From assembly GCA_963695555.1 (NCBI GenBank), contig CAVOGR010000007.1, positions 544,001 through 608,000 on the forward strand: 64,000 bases of DNA, given 5' to 3'. Made by a program: the position numbers and the translations under genes. The DNA is from an uncultured Gemmatimonadales bacterium. GTDB lineage: Bacteria; Gemmatimonadota; Gemmatimonadetes; Gemmatimonadales; GWC2-71-9. The notes below the pieces were generated by a model. That model saw only the letters and a list, made by a program, of their open reading frames with translations, had not been told where the DNA came from and ran no database searches. Shown here piece by piece: positions 9,748 through 19,451 of this stretch. Numbering within the stretch: position 1 is the stretch's first letter; every line of letters begins with the position of its first letter.

Positions 9748-10461
9748 ATGGACATGCAAAGCGACCTATTCGCCACCAAGGGCGCTGAGTACTTGATCGT
9801 CATCGCCTATCTGCTCATCCTGGTCGGCTTCTGGCGCCTGCTGGTGCGACCGACCGCGTCGCGGGCCACGGTGGCATTGTTGCGACGGGTACCACCGTCG
9901 CCCCGGATACCTCGGGTGGCCGGCTGGTTCCGAGTGCCCGACGGTTATGCCTTCCATCAGGGGCACACCTGGGCAATCGAGGAACCCCAAGGCGGGGGGG
10001 TGATGCGGGTCGGGATGGACGATTTCTCACAGAAATTCCTGGGCAAGCCAGGCGCATTCCACCTGCCCCGCGTGGGCGACCGCCTGAGACAGGGCGAGCG
10101 CGGCTGGGCGGTGGAGGTCGAATCCAAGTCGATTCCGATGGTATCCCCGGTCGAGGGCCGCGTGGTGGCCGTGAACCAGGGCGTGCTCGAGGCGCCGGAT
10201 CTGGTGCAGTCGGACCCGTACCAGCAAGGCTGGCTGTTGAAAGTTGAGGTCGACAATCCCAAGACCGCCCGCAACAACCTCTTGACCGGGCGCCTGGCAC
10301 GGGCCTGGAACCGAAACACGGTGGACCGTCTTCAGCACATGCAGGCGGGGGAACTTGGGCTCTTGCTGCCCGACGGCGGTGTGCCGGTGGACGGCTTCGT
10401 CAGAGCGTTGTCACCAAAAGGGTGGGAGGAACTCGCGGGAGAGTTCTTCCTGACCAACTAG
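9748..10461 (+). CDS. Membrane-anchored glycine cleavage H (GcvH)-like protein with HmcD-like N-terminus
   Basis: N-terminal FATKGAEYL plus a TM helix; GcvH-fold motifs HTW, RVGMDDF, SPVEGRVVAVN, SDPYQQGWL. Confidence 0.8.
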   Translation: MDMQSDLFATKGAEYLIVIAYLLILVGFWRLLVRPTASRATVALLRRVPPSPRIPRVAGWFRVPDGYAFHQGHTWAIEEPQGGGVMRVGMDDFSQKFLGKPGAFHLPRVGDRLRQGERGWAVEVESKSIPMVSPVEGRVVAVNQGVLEAPDLVQSDPYQQGWLLKVEVDNPKTARNNLLTGRLARAWNRNTVDRLQHMQAGELGLLLPDGGVPVDGFVRALSPKGWEELAGEFFLTN

Positions 10462-10571
10462 CCCGACTCGTGGGCAGGCCGCGCGACGCCAGGCGTCTCT
10501 CGATTGGAGGCGCCTGGCTTTGTCATTGGTCCCCGCGCTACGTTACGGGCTCCGCAGCAGAAGGAAGGCCA

Positions 10572-10997
10572 GTGGAATCAGGCCAACACCAATTCGAGCT
10601 CCGGATCGACATCCAGCCCGCCGATATCGATGAGCTGGGCCACGTGAACAACGTGGTCTACCTCCGGTGGGTGCAGGACGTCGCCGTGGCCCACTGGCGG
10701 GCTCAGGCCCCAGCCGCGGACCAGGCCAAGGTGGCCTGGGTGGTAGTGCGTCACGAGATCGACTACAAGCGTGCCGCCGTGCTCAGTGACCGGATCATTG
10801 CCCGGACCCGGGTCGGCGCGGCCTCGCGACTCACCTTCGAGCGCCACACCGAGCTCTTCCGTGCTGCCGATGGCAAGCTGTTGGCCCGGGCGCGGACCCT
10901 CTGGTGCCCCATCGATGCGACCTCCGGCAAGCCGACTGAAGTCAGCGCCGAGGTCCGCGCCGGCTTCTCCGTCGACGGCGCGCGACCACCGGGCTGA
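10572..10997 (+). CDS. Acyl-CoA thioesterase (4HBT/YbgC-like)
   Basis: DIDELGHVNNVVYLRW hot-dog-fold motif. Confidence 0.9.
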   Translation: MESGQHQFELRIDIQPADIDELGHVNNVVYLRWVQDVAVAHWRAQAPAADQAKVAWVVVRHEIDYKRAAVLSDRIIARTRVGAASRLTFERHTELFRAADGKLLARARTLWCPIDATSGKPTEVSAEVRAGFSVDGARPPG

Positions 10998-11091
10998 CCC
11001 GGGATGGATGCGCCCCAAGATGGGCGGCATCTTCCGCAACCCAGCACCCCGCCCTATACTGTCACCGCCAACTCAACCATTGGGGTTATCA

Positions 11092-11589
11092 ATGCTACAG
11101 AACATGAAGTTCCTGGGAGCGGTCGCGGTGCTGGGCCTCGCGGCCGCATGCCAGCCGCAGCAAGCCGCCATGCCTGCCGTCGACGCCGCAGCCGTGCGGA
11201 CGGCGATCGAAGGCGAGAACGTCAAGTGGACCCAGGCCTATCTCGCGAAGGACGCCGCGGCGCTCGCCGCCCTCTACACCGAGGATGCCATTCTGGCGAT
11301 GCCGAATACGCCGCGTGTGATCGGCAGGGAGGCCATCGCCGCCGCCTATGGCGCGGTCTTAACCCAGGTTTCACCCGTGACCAATGACGTTACCATCGAC
11401 CGGCTGGAAGTCGCCCAATCCGGCGACTTCGCCTATGTGGTCGGAACGTACGGGGGTACCTGGAGCATGGCGGATGGCAGCTCGATGGCGGACACCGGCA
11501 AGTACACCGCCGTATTCAAGAACGTGAACGGCCAATGGATGCTCGCCGTCGACAGCTGGAGCAGCGACATGCCGGCGGGAGGGATGTAG
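11092..11589 (+). CDS. SnoaL/NTF2-like (DUF4440-type) lipoprotein
   Basis: Lipobox AAAC; motifs DAAALAALYTEDA, SGDFAYVVG, DTGKY..W. Confidence 0.85.
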   Translation: MLQNMKFLGAVAVLGLAAACQPQQAAMPAVDAAAVRTAIEGENVKWTQAYLAKDAAALAALYTEDAILAMPNTPRVIGREAIAAAYGAVLTQVSPVTNDVTIDRLEVAQSGDFAYVVGTYGGTWSMADGSSMADTGKYTAVFKNVNGQWMLAVDSWSSDMPAGGM

Positions 11590-11623
11590 TAACCTCAGTG
11601 GTCGATCGACCCGCCACGTAACT

Positions 11624-11655
11624 CGAGGGCCCCGGCTGCGACAGCGGGGCCCTCG
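11624..11655. terminator. Hairpin between convergent genes
   Basis: CGAGGGCCCC...GGGGCCCTCG stem. Confidence 0.65.
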
Positions 11656-11692
11656 GTGTATCGAGTTTGTGTCGCTTGCCTGGGTGACGGTA

Positions 11693-14647
11693 TCACGGAC
11701 ACAGCGCGGTGATCTGGCCCCGCAGCTCGGCTGGTCGTTCACGAGCGAGCAGGCTATCGATGCCCTCGAGCGTGAAGGTGAACCTCGAATCGGGTCCACC
11801 CAGCTGGCTCAGCTGCCGCCGCACGTCGGCGCAGCGGCCCTCCTTTGCCAGCGCCAGCGTTCGCGCCAGCAGAACCTCGAGGTAGACTTCCCGCACATCG
11901 GTGCCACCCTCTTCGCTCGGGAAGAAGCGCATCCGAAAGAGCGCCTCAGCTTGGTCGAAGCGCTGGGCGTCCGCCAGCACACGGGCGAGGTGGTAGACCA
12001 GCTTCGCGGGCATGAGCATGGGCTCGGGAAACGTGAGGAGCGAGTCGGCCCGCTCACCCGCCGAACGGCCCATCTGCTCGAGTGCCCGGTCCAATCCGAA
12101 GTAAATGTCATCGTTCAGAGGATCCACCCGGCGACCTTCCGAGAACAACTCAGCCGCACGTTCCGGCGGGCCACCGGCGTAGAGAACCGCGTAGCCCATG
12201 TTGCGGTGCAGGACGGGGGTATTCGGCGCACGCCGACGGGCTTCTTCCCACCGCTCCAGCGCCTGATTAGCCATTCCGGCCGATAAATCGAGCGATCCCA
12301 TAAGGAAATAGGCCGTGGCGTCGTCGGGATTGTGCGTCAGCGCCTGGGCCAGCACGGTGACGGTCTCATGCCGGTTGGGAAACACGTAGGTGGTGGGGCC
12401 TCGCGATGCACGGGCACGATCGCTGGTTCCGTCCAGGCCCAGCGCTTCACGACAGAGGGCGCGGTAGTAGCCGATCAGCGGATACTGGTCGGGATGCGGC
12501 ATGCCCGGCTCGGTCACCACCCCCGGGCCGCGCGGGTATTCGCGCTCGAGCAGTGCCAATGCGTCCCGATAGAGCCCGAACCGCATGTAGTCGACGGCGA
12601 TTTCTAGAATGCGCTCGGGATCGGCTGCGAGATGCTGCCATAACGCCGCGTCACTGCCGCCGAGGAGGGTGGCCTCGTACCTGAGGAACGAGCTGGTCGG
12701 ATCGACCTCCATCCACTTGGCGAGTTCCGCTCGCGCGGCATCCATCCGGCCCAAGGTGCGCAACAGCGCCACCTCGATCGCGCCGAGTCGAACCACGTCG
12801 CGATTGTCTCTGGTGACTTCCTGCACCAACTGGAGCGCACGAGCCATGTCACCGCCCTTCGAAGCGATCGCCGCGAGACCCCGCAGTGACGACGGCCGGA
12901 AGGTGCCGTACGATTGCGAGCGTTCCCACGCGAGCCGGGCGCCCGGCGGGTCGCCCTGTCCCTCGAGGGCCCGTCCCAGATAATAGGACGACTCGTAATC
13001 GTTGCTCACCCGCTCGAGTGCCGCGGTTAGATAACGGCCGCCGTCGTCGTAGCGCTTGAGGATGACACTGAGCCGGCCCGCAGCACGGGCGAGTGCGACG
13101 CTCATGGGAAAGCGGCGGAGCCCCTCTTCATAGGTGGCCATGGCCTCGAGCAGCCGCCCGTCACGTTCCTGCTGGTCACCCAGCTCCACCCAATCACCCT
13201 CGCTCCGTTGGTCCGCGGAAGGAATGCGATACTGGTCGCGCGGGCCGGGCTGAATGTGGTCGGCCGGAACGAAGTCATAGACCCCTTCGGTGTGCTCCAG
13301 CACCACCCGGGCCTGGGCATCGCGAAGGGTCACGGTATAGGGCACGTCGGTGGGGACACCGTCGAGCGTCCCCTGGATTTCGGTGCCGGGGAGCAGAGAA
13401 GCTGGCACGGACGGGACGAGAAATTCTTCGCCACCGACACGGAAGCGGAGGGTCGCATTCGGCAGCGGGCGGGTGACGTTGAGCGCAAAGTGGAGACTGT
13501 CGGTGCTTCTCCACACCCGAATCACCGCACCGGGATTGGCGCGGGTAACGCCACCCAGTTCCCGGATCGGGATCCAGTACTCGCTGAATCGCACCGATTC
13601 CTCCGGCTCGAGGAACCCGTAGGTCTCCTGATTGCGGAACAGCCCCGCCTGAATCTCGACGTAGGCGCTCTGGTTATCCGACAGCGCCTTCCGCCAGTTG
13701 AGCCCGTTCTGGTCGCTGCCCCAGGACCAGATCTTCTTGGCCGGCAAGTCGGTGGGCGATGAATAGTGCACCACGCCCGAACGGGTCCGGGGATGGTACA
13801 CCGCCATGTAGCCCTCGCGGCTCCCATGGCTAAAGCGCGACACGGGACCGAACGTGTGATTACCGACGACGCTGTTGTCGGTGCCTCGCGAGTCGACCGG
13901 CCAGGTATCGATGTCGCGGAACCCGTGCGAGGCGGTGTACTCCATCGGATAAGTGATCCGGCTGTCGTCCCAGACCTCGACCGCTGCGTTGGTCCACCAG
14001 TAGAACCGGTGCCGGAAGTCGCTCCGATTGTACAGGGTGGTGTGGTGCTCCAGCACCGCCTGGCCGGGGCGGAGCCGCAGTTCGACGCGCCATTGCATGC
14101 CGGTTACCCGGTCGATATTCGCCACCCACACCGACGCGCTCGAATCCGCGTTCTGTGTGATGGCAAAGTCTACCGGCGAGGTGCTCATCCAGTTGTGCGA
14201 CACCGGGAAATTGAACTCGACGCCGAACGCAGCCCACGCGCCGCGATACCCGATTTGGGTCAGCTTGAGCGACGGGTTGGCGTAGAACATCTCCTGACCG
14301 TTCACCTTATCGGTGCAGCTATAGAGGTGTCCGCCCACATCGGGCAATACGACGCAGCGCAGGAACTCGTTCTCGAGGTAGAGCGCGCGCCAGTCATGCG
14401 GCTCGCGCCGGTCGGTCAACCGATCGCGGATGGTGTAGGGGTAATTGACCCGGCGCGGCTGGAAGAAGTCGAACGGGGGGTTCGGATCGGGCGGCTCCTC
14501 GACGTAGCTCGGGAGCGAGAACGTGCTATCCCATGCTCGGACGGCCGACGCTTCCTGAGCTCCGACCGCGCCGGCACAGGCGAGCGCGAGCACCGCCGGA
14601 ACCATGATGCCCGCGCCGGGAAGAAGTCTTCTCCATGTTCGCTGCAC
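11693..14647 (-). CDS. DUF5107-like N-terminal domain plus TPR repeats, secreted (start uncertain)
   Basis: Motifs LENEFLRCVVLPDVGGHLYS, GVEFNFP, FYWWTNAAV, KKIWSWG, YVEIQAG; helical TPR-like C-terminal half. Confidence 0.8.
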   Translation of the reverse strand: MQRTWRRLLPGAGIMVPAVLALACAGAVGAQEASAVRAWDSTFSLPSYVEEPPDPNPPFDFFQPRRVNYPYTIRDRLTDRREPHDWRALYLENEFLRCVVLPDVGGHLYSCTDKVNGQEMFYANPSLKLTQIGYRGAWAAFGVEFNFPVSHNWMSTSPVDFAITQNADSSASVWVANIDRVTGMQWRVELRLRPGQAVLEHHTTLYNRSDFRHRFYWWTNAAVEVWDDSRITYPMEYTASHGFRDIDTWPVDSRGTDNSVVGNHTFGPVSRFSHGSREGYMAVYHPRTRSGVVHYSSPTDLPAKKIWSWGSDQNGLNWRKALSDNQSAYVEIQAGLFRNQETYGFLEPEESVRFSEYWIPIRELGGVTRANPGAVIRVWRSTDSLHFALNVTRPLPNATLRFRVGGEEFLVPSVPASLLPGTEIQGTLDGVPTDVPYTVTLRDAQARVVLEHTEGVYDFVPADHIQPGPRDQYRIPSADQRSEGDWVELGDQQERDGRLLEAMATYEEGLRRFPMSVALARAAGRLSVILKRYDDGGRYLTAALERVSNDYESSYYLGRALEGQGDPPGARLAWERSQSYGTFRPSSLRGLAAIASKGGDMARALQLVQEVTRDNRDVVRLGAIEVALLRTLGRMDAARAELAKWMEVDPTSSFLRYEATLLGGSDAALWQHLAADPERILEIAVDYMRFGLYRDALALLEREYPRGPGVVTEPGMPHPDQYPLIGYYRALCREALGLDGTSDRARASRGPTTYVFPNRHETVTVLAQALTHNPDDATAYFLMGSLDLSAGMANQALERWEEARRRAPNTPVLHRNMGYAVLYAGGPPERAAELFSEGRRVDPLNDDIYFGLDRALEQMGRSAGERADSLLTFPEPMLMPAKLVYHLARVLADAQRFDQAEALFRMRFFPSEEGGTDVREVYLEVLLARTLALAKEGRCADVRRQLSQLGGPDSRFTFTLEGIDSLLARERPAELRGQITALCP

Positions 14648-14775
14648 GTTGATCTCTGTCCCGCTCAGGGGTGCTTGTGGCGACGGGCCAGCTGCCATCG
14701 GTGTTGGGGTGAACATCCACGAAGATATGCCACAGTGAGAGTTGAGCAACGGCACCCTGGCCCGGGCGGCTACCC

Positions 14776-15393
14776 CTAGCGGACCGGCACCGCGAGCAGC
14801 GTCTTCCGCCTGAGGAACGTATTGCTCGGGCCGAGCACCCAGTAGTCGGGCCAGACACGCCAGGTTACCCGGAGCCCCTGCGCTTCCTCACCCGCCGGCA
14901 GCACGAATGACGGCGTGCGGGTGTAGCTCTGACCGGCCGCGAGCACCTGGGCAAAGCGATCGCTGCCGTCGGGCGTCGGCTCAGGCTCGTATTCCTGCCC
15001 GGCACGGTCCACCAACCGAATCCTGAGCAGCGACGGATGCTCCGGCGCCTGTACGGCGTCGCTCCGCACCTGGACGCCGACCGCAATGTGTCTCGATCGC
15101 GCCGGATCGGGCGGATCCGCCATGGTGGCCACCACGGCGACGTGGAGATGGCAGTCGAACCCGCAGAAGGACAGCTCCTCCGACGGAGGTAGCACCCTGG
15201 TTGGTGTAAGGAGCGCGGGCAGCGCAATGCCGAGCCCGTACAGCGTCACGACGACACCGGCCAGGGCGAGCGCCCGAAGCGCGGTCGAGCGGCGGCCCCG
15301 GACGTAACCGAGCAGTGCGATCAGGAACGCGATCGCGACCAGCCCGAACGTGGCCAGCGTCGCGAGGGTACCGAGCAAATGGGCCAGCATCAT
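14776..15393 (-). CDS. Membrane protein with two N-terminal TMs and an extracytoplasmic Ig-like domain
   Basis: Hydrophobic N-terminus and a CGFDC motif; last gene of the uppS cassette. Confidence 0.7.
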   Translation of the reverse strand: MMLAHLLGTLATLATFGLVAIAFLIALLGYVRGRRSTALRALALAGVVVTLYGLGIALPALLTPTRVLPPSEELSFCGFDCHLHVAVVATMADPPDPARSRHIAVGVQVRSDAVQAPEHPSLLRIRLVDRAGQEYEPEPTPDGSDRFAQVLAAGQSYTRTPSFVLPAGEEAQGLRVTWRVWPDYWVLGPSNTFLRRKTLLAVPVR

Positions 15394-15418
15394 AGGGTAC
15401 TCCTTAGGAACCGTCGGA

Positions 15419-16135
15419 TCAGGCCGCGGGGTTCGACAGCCCGCCGAAGCGGCGGTCGCGTTCGTGGTAGGCGCGGATTGCCCCGGCGAGCGCCTGGGCA
15501 TCGAAGTCGGGCCAGTAGACCGGCGTGAACCAGAGCTCCGCGTAGGCGCATTCCCAGAGGAGAAAATCGCTCAGCCGCTGCTCGCCACCGGTGCGGATCA
15601 AGAGGTCGACTTCCCGGGCGGCCTGGCCGGCTTCGTCCGGCGCGAGAACGCGATGGAAGTCCTCGCGCGTCCGGGCATTGCCCATGCGGCCGGTCGCGGA
15701 GAGGATCGCATCGCGCGCCGAGTAATCCACCGCGATCCGAAGCAGGAGTCGGGTGCCGTCGGTCGTGACCCGCTCGGCCTGTTCGATGGTGGCAACCAGC
15801 CCCTGCGGCAGCCGGTCGCGGCGCCCGATCACCCGAACTCGGACACCGGCCTCCGCCGCGCGCTCGGCGTCGCGCCCCAGGTATTGCCCCAAGAGTCCCA
15901 TCAGTGCCGTCACCTCGTGGGCGGGACGGCGCCAGTTGTCGCTCGAGAAGGCGAACACCGTGAGGATGCCGACGCCCGCGTCGGGCGCGGCTCGGACGAT
16001 TCGCCGGAGGGCCCGCACCCCGGCCGCGTGCCCCAGCGTGCGGGGCCAGCCGCGCCGGGCGGCCCAGCGCCCGTTGCCATCCATAATGATGGCCACGTGC
16101 AGGCCGGCCTGCCATGGTTGAGTACTTTGCTTCAT
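15419..16135 (-). CDS. uppS: cis-prenyltransferase (undecaprenyl diphosphate synthase)
   Basis: Motifs HVAIIMDGNGRWA, FAFSSDNWRRP, DLLIRTGGEQRLSDFLLWECAYAE. Confidence 0.93.
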   Translation of the reverse strand: MKQSTQPWQAGLHVAIIMDGNGRWAARRGWPRTLGHAAGVRALRRIVRAAPDAGVGILTVFAFSSDNWRRPAHEVTALMGLLGQYLGRDAERAAEAGVRVRVIGRRDRLPQGLVATIEQAERVTTDGTRLLLRIAVDYSARDAILSATGRMGNARTREDFHRVLAPDEAGQAAREVDLLIRTGGEQRLSDFLLWECAYAELWFTPVYWPDFDAQALAGAIRAYHERDRRFGGLSNPAA

Positions 16136-16140
16136 AAAGC
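16124..16140. promoter_or_regulatory. Operator candidate overlapping the uppS start codon
   Basis: ACTTTGC-TTC-ATAAAGC, an imperfect copy of the 17238-17254 palindrome; both begin AGTACTTTGC. Confidence 0.55.
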
Positions 16141-16166
16141 GATATCCCCAAAAAAATAGAGATGGG

Positions 16167-16559
16167 TTAGACGTCCCGCATGGAGTCGATCAGGGCTTCC
16201 ATGTGCGACAGATAGCGGTCGAGCGCCTTCCGGCCCCGTGCGGTCAGCCGGTATTCGGTTCGCGGCACCCGGTCGGCAAAGGACTTGTGGCAGGCGAGGT
16301 AGCCCGCGTCTTCCAGCTTCCTTGCATGCACGCTCAGGTTCCCGTCGCTCGTGTCGAGCAGTTCTTTCAATTCGTTGAACGACAGCACGTCGTTGACCGC
16401 GAGCGTGCTCACAATGGCGAGCCGCATGCGCTCGTGGATCAACCGGTCGAGTTGGAGCGGCTCCTCCGCGGCCGCTCGGCCGCGCACGCTTCCCAACCGC
16501 GGAGTCGAGTCCTTGGCTTGCTTTTGCCGAGCTTTCCGGGCCGCGTTCGACTTAGCCAC
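16167..16559 (-). CDS. Winged-HTH transcriptional regulator (ArsR/MarR-like, HTH_34 type)
   Basis: LDRLIHERMRLAIVSTL..SFNELK..SDGNLSVHARKLEDAGY..PRTEYRLT. Confidence 0.9.
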   Translation of the reverse strand: MAKSNAARKARQKQAKDSTPRLGSVRGRAAAEEPLQLDRLIHERMRLAIVSTLAVNDVLSFNELKELLDTSDGNLSVHARKLEDAGYLACHKSFADRVPRTEYRLTARGRKALDRYLSHMEALIDSMRDV

Positions 16560-17199
16560 CGTACCTCCGCGCAATGATGAGTCCGGCGGCCAGCTGGGTT
16601 GCGCCGAAGCCGAGCGCCATCCAGAGATTGCCAAGTGCGGCGGGCGTGAGTAGCGCGACCAGGCCGAACCCCATGATGACCAGCCCCATGATCGGCACCA
16701 CCCGGATCGAGAAGGCCCCACCGGTCACGACGCCGGTGCCGTAGAGCAGGAGCCACGATGCCGGGAGCAGGCCGTACGTCTGCCGAGCGGCCAGGGCAAA
16801 GGTGAGCACCAACCCCACGAAGAGCGGCGGGGCAAAGCTCATCGCGAAGCGGCGGCCCGGCTGGGCCAGGAGCGGGGTCTTGCTGAGCCGGGCCTTCCGG
16901 GCCAGGGCGTAGACCCCGATGCCCACCGCGATCACCGCCTCCACCAGCCAGGTCTGCAGCCAGACCCGCGGATCGGTTTGCCGTTGGGCCACCCAGGCGG
17001 CGCCGATGGCGGTGAGTCCCATAGCGACCCCGCCCCACCCCGGCACCGCCGTGAACGAGGTGGCTCGCTCCATGGTGCTCCGAATGAACGACAGGTTGTC
17101 CATGGCCCGCCGGTGGAGGGCGGGCTCCTGGTCGGCCGGGCCAGCGGGCGCGGCCGTCGAGAGGGGGCGGGGGCGGGGGCGGGGGCTGACCGTCGACAT
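16552..17199 (-). CDS. Multi-pass membrane protein coupled to the wHTH regulator
   Basis: AMDNLSFIRSTMERA..FTAVPGWGG; about 6 TMs; stop overlaps the regulator start. Confidence 0.85.
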   Translation of the reverse strand: MSTVSPRPRPRPLSTAAPAGPADQEPALHRRAMDNLSFIRSTMERATSFTAVPGWGGVAMGLTAIGAAWVAQRQTDPRVWLQTWLVEAVIAVGIGVYALARKARLSKTPLLAQPGRRFAMSFAPPLFVGLVLTFALAARQTYGLLPASWLLLYGTGVVTGGAFSIRVVPIMGLVIMGFGLVALLTPAALGNLWMALGFGATQLAAGLIIARRYGG

Positions 17200-17237
17200 A
17201 TGCACCAACCTAGGGGTGATGATATGCCATGTCAAGT

Positions 17238-17254
17238 ACTTTGCATAGCAAAGT
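17238..17254. promoter_or_regulatory. Palindromic operator upstream of the membrane protein-wHTH-uppS cassette
   Basis: Perfect inverted repeat ACTTTGC-ATA-GCAAAGT in an AT-rich promoter region. Confidence 0.65.
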
Positions 17255-17393
17255 TACTCTCTGGTACCGAAGGCCCATGTCTCAAACACCAGGCGGATCT
17301 TCCGGATCTTCCCGCCCGCGACCTCGAACACCTGCGCCATGGTGCGAGGTCCATGTGAGGTCCATGTATTGGAGGGCCGGGTCCCGCGGGCTC

Positions 17394-17993
17394 TCAGACA
17401 ACCCGATACACCTGTCCCGTCTGGGCGCCTTCGACGCTCTTGGCGTAGGCCAGCGCCGCCCGGGCCGCCGGCACCGGCTCGAACCCGCGGAAGAACGGCT
17501 CGTAAGCCTCCATTGCCTCGGCGATGACTCCCGGGCTCACAGCATTGATCCGTTGGCCGCGCGACAGCTCGATAGCCGCCGCCCGGACAAATGCGTTGAC
17601 GGCTCCGTTGACCATCGAGGCCGACGTCCCCATACGGATGGGATCGCAATCGAGCACTCCCGTGGTGAGCGTGAACGAGCCGCCGTCGGCCAGGTACTCG
17701 CGCCCGATCAGGACCAGGTTCACCTGGCCCATGAGCTTGTCGTTGAGGCCGATCTCGTAGTCCGCGGCGGTCATCTCCTCGAACGGCGCGAACTTGACGG
17801 AGCCGGTGGCCGACACCAGCGCGGCGAACTGCCCGGCCTGCTCGAGCCCAGCGCGAATGGACGCCGGGTCGGTGATGTCCAGCACCACGTCACCCGACGT
17901 GCGTCCCGCTCCGATGATTTCGTGGCGCTGGCTCAGCTCCCCCACCACGGCACGACCGATGGTTCCCGATGCACCCACGACGAGAATTCGCAT
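17394..17993 (-). CDS. Short-chain dehydrogenase
   Basis: MRILVVGASGTIG Rossmann motif; KLMGQVNLV; RINAVSPG. Confidence 0.9.
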   Translation of the reverse strand: MRILVVGASGTIGRAVVGELSQRHEIIGAGRTSGDVVLDITDPASIRAGLEQAGQFAALVSATGSVKFAPFEEMTAADYEIGLNDKLMGQVNLVLIGREYLADGGSFTLTTGVLDCDPIRMGTSASMVNGAVNAFVRAAAIELSRGQRINAVSPGVIAEAMEAYEPFFRGFEPVPAARAALAYAKSVEGAQTGQVYRVV

Positions 17994-18283
17994 TACCCCT
18001 CCAACCTGCCGCGCAACATGAGTTTGATGGCAATGAACGGGGTCAAGAAGAGCACGACGTTCAGCACCTTCAACAGAAGCATCGAAGAAAGCATCAGGTG
18101 ATCGTATTCCGGTCGCGGAATCTCGATCATCGCGGCATACAACCGGTATATGGGATCTCCGGCCAGCCAGAATGCGGCCCACACGACGAGCTGGGCCACG
18201 ACCAGAAAGAGAAAGCATCGGAGCAGGATGCCGGCGATTGCGTCGAGTAGATGGATCGATTCTTTCGCTAGTGCCGTTTTCAT
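17993..18283 (-). CDS. Small two-TM membrane protein
   Basis: Hydrophobic ORF ending K...LF..PFIAI; translationally coupled to the SDR. Confidence 0.7.
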   Translation of the reverse strand: MKTALAKESIHLLDAIAGILLRCFLFLVVAQLVVWAAFWLAGDPIYRLYAAMIEIPRPEYDHLMLSSMLLLKVLNVVLFLTPFIAIKLMLRGRLEG

Positions 18284-18304
18284 AATGTATTCCCGTCAGA
18301 TGTT

Positions 18305-18817
18305 CTACATGTAGCGCGCGACGGCCATGGTGGCGACCGCGATGATGAGGAGCCGTGCCACCCAGAGACCGGCTGCAGCCGAGCGCTGCCGCAGCCTCTG
18401 AATCTCCGCCTGCATGGGCCCGCGCTCCTCCTCGGACGCCGAGGCCAGCGCGGCCGTCATCCGGATGGCTCCGAGTGTCGCGGCCCGCACGCCGGTCACT
18501 CCGATGATGAGGGCGAGGATCGAAGCCACGCCGCCCACTGTGAGGCTCAACCCAAACGGCGACCTGATCCAACCCATGGCCAATCCGCCGGACAGGTGCC
18601 AGTAGAGGACCAGGCCGGTCGCAATTGTGAGCCCTGCGACGATGGGCATGACATCCAGAAACCGCCGCCGCACCAGTTCCCGCATGACCGGCGCCCCGTC
18701 GGGCCCGACCGCCCGGATGCTCGGCCCGAGGAAGAACACCAGGAAGAAGATGGTGCCGGCCCAGAACACCCCCAGCAGGATATGAAACATGCGGAGAATG
18801 AGCATGAACCGGTCCAT
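18305..18817 (-). CDS. Four-TM membrane protein
   Basis: LRMFHILLGVFWAG motif; GGAG RBS. Confidence 0.75.
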   Translation of the reverse strand: MDRFMLILRMFHILLGVFWAGTIFFLVFFLGPSIRAVGPDGAPVMRELVRRRFLDVMPIVAGLTIATGLVLYWHLSGGLAMGWIRSPFGLSLTVGGVASILALIIGVTGVRAATLGAIRMTAALASASEEERGPMQAEIQRLRQRSAAAGLWVARLLIIAVATMAVARYM

Positions 18818-19034
18818 CGGTTTCTCCAGTGTGGGGTGTCACGCCAAGGGTAGACCTGCCACAAAACAACGCCTCGAGCGGGAAACCACAAGCGACAGGC
18901 TAGTGCCTCGGCCTTCGCTGGGACCGACACGCGTTGCTCCCGACCGAGCCGCCTGACAGGCTCCGCCCGGCATTCGCGTATAGAGAGGAGAGCCATTCAC
19001 GTGATGCCCCGTGCCCTTGCACCAAGGAGTCTCC

Positions 19035-19352
19035 ATGTCCACGCGTCATACTGGTTCCGCCGCCGGCATTCTCCTCCTGCTTGGCGGGTTGGTGACCGCC
19101 TGCGGCAACGGCGGCCTCGAAGGTCGGTACTACAATTCGTCGACCGGCGAGTTTGCCCTCGAACTCCAATCGGGCGGGAAGCTGGAGATGCAGGGGGCGG
19201 TTGGGGAGGGCCTGAGGTACGAGGTCAAGGCGGACACCGTGTTCATCAAAGGCGGGCGCGGGCTCGCGGAGGGCATGTATTTCATCCGGCTCCCCAATGG
19301 CGACCTGAGCCTCGAGCCCCTGGGCACGCTCACCAAGAACCGGCCGGATTGA
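19035..19352 (+). CDS. Small lipoprotein
   Basis: AAGGAG RBS; lipobox VTAC. Confidence 0.7.
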   Translation: MSTRHTGSAAGILLLLGGLVTACGNGGLEGRYYNSSTGEFALELQSGGKLEMQGAVGEGLRYEVKADTVFIKGGRGLAEGMYFIRLPNGDLSLEPLGTLTKNRPD

Positions 19353-19451
19353 CCCGCCGGCTAGGGCGAGCCTCGATCGGTCTGGGTAGGGGATGGCGGC
19401 GCGGGGCCCGCCGAACGCGCACATGGCGTTCGGCGAGCCCAGACCAGTGGT

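Noticed and set aside
9748..10461. Canonical gcvH partner of gcvT
   Set aside because: It has a TM anchor, a shifted Lys and a respiratory-operon context about 33 kb from gcvT.
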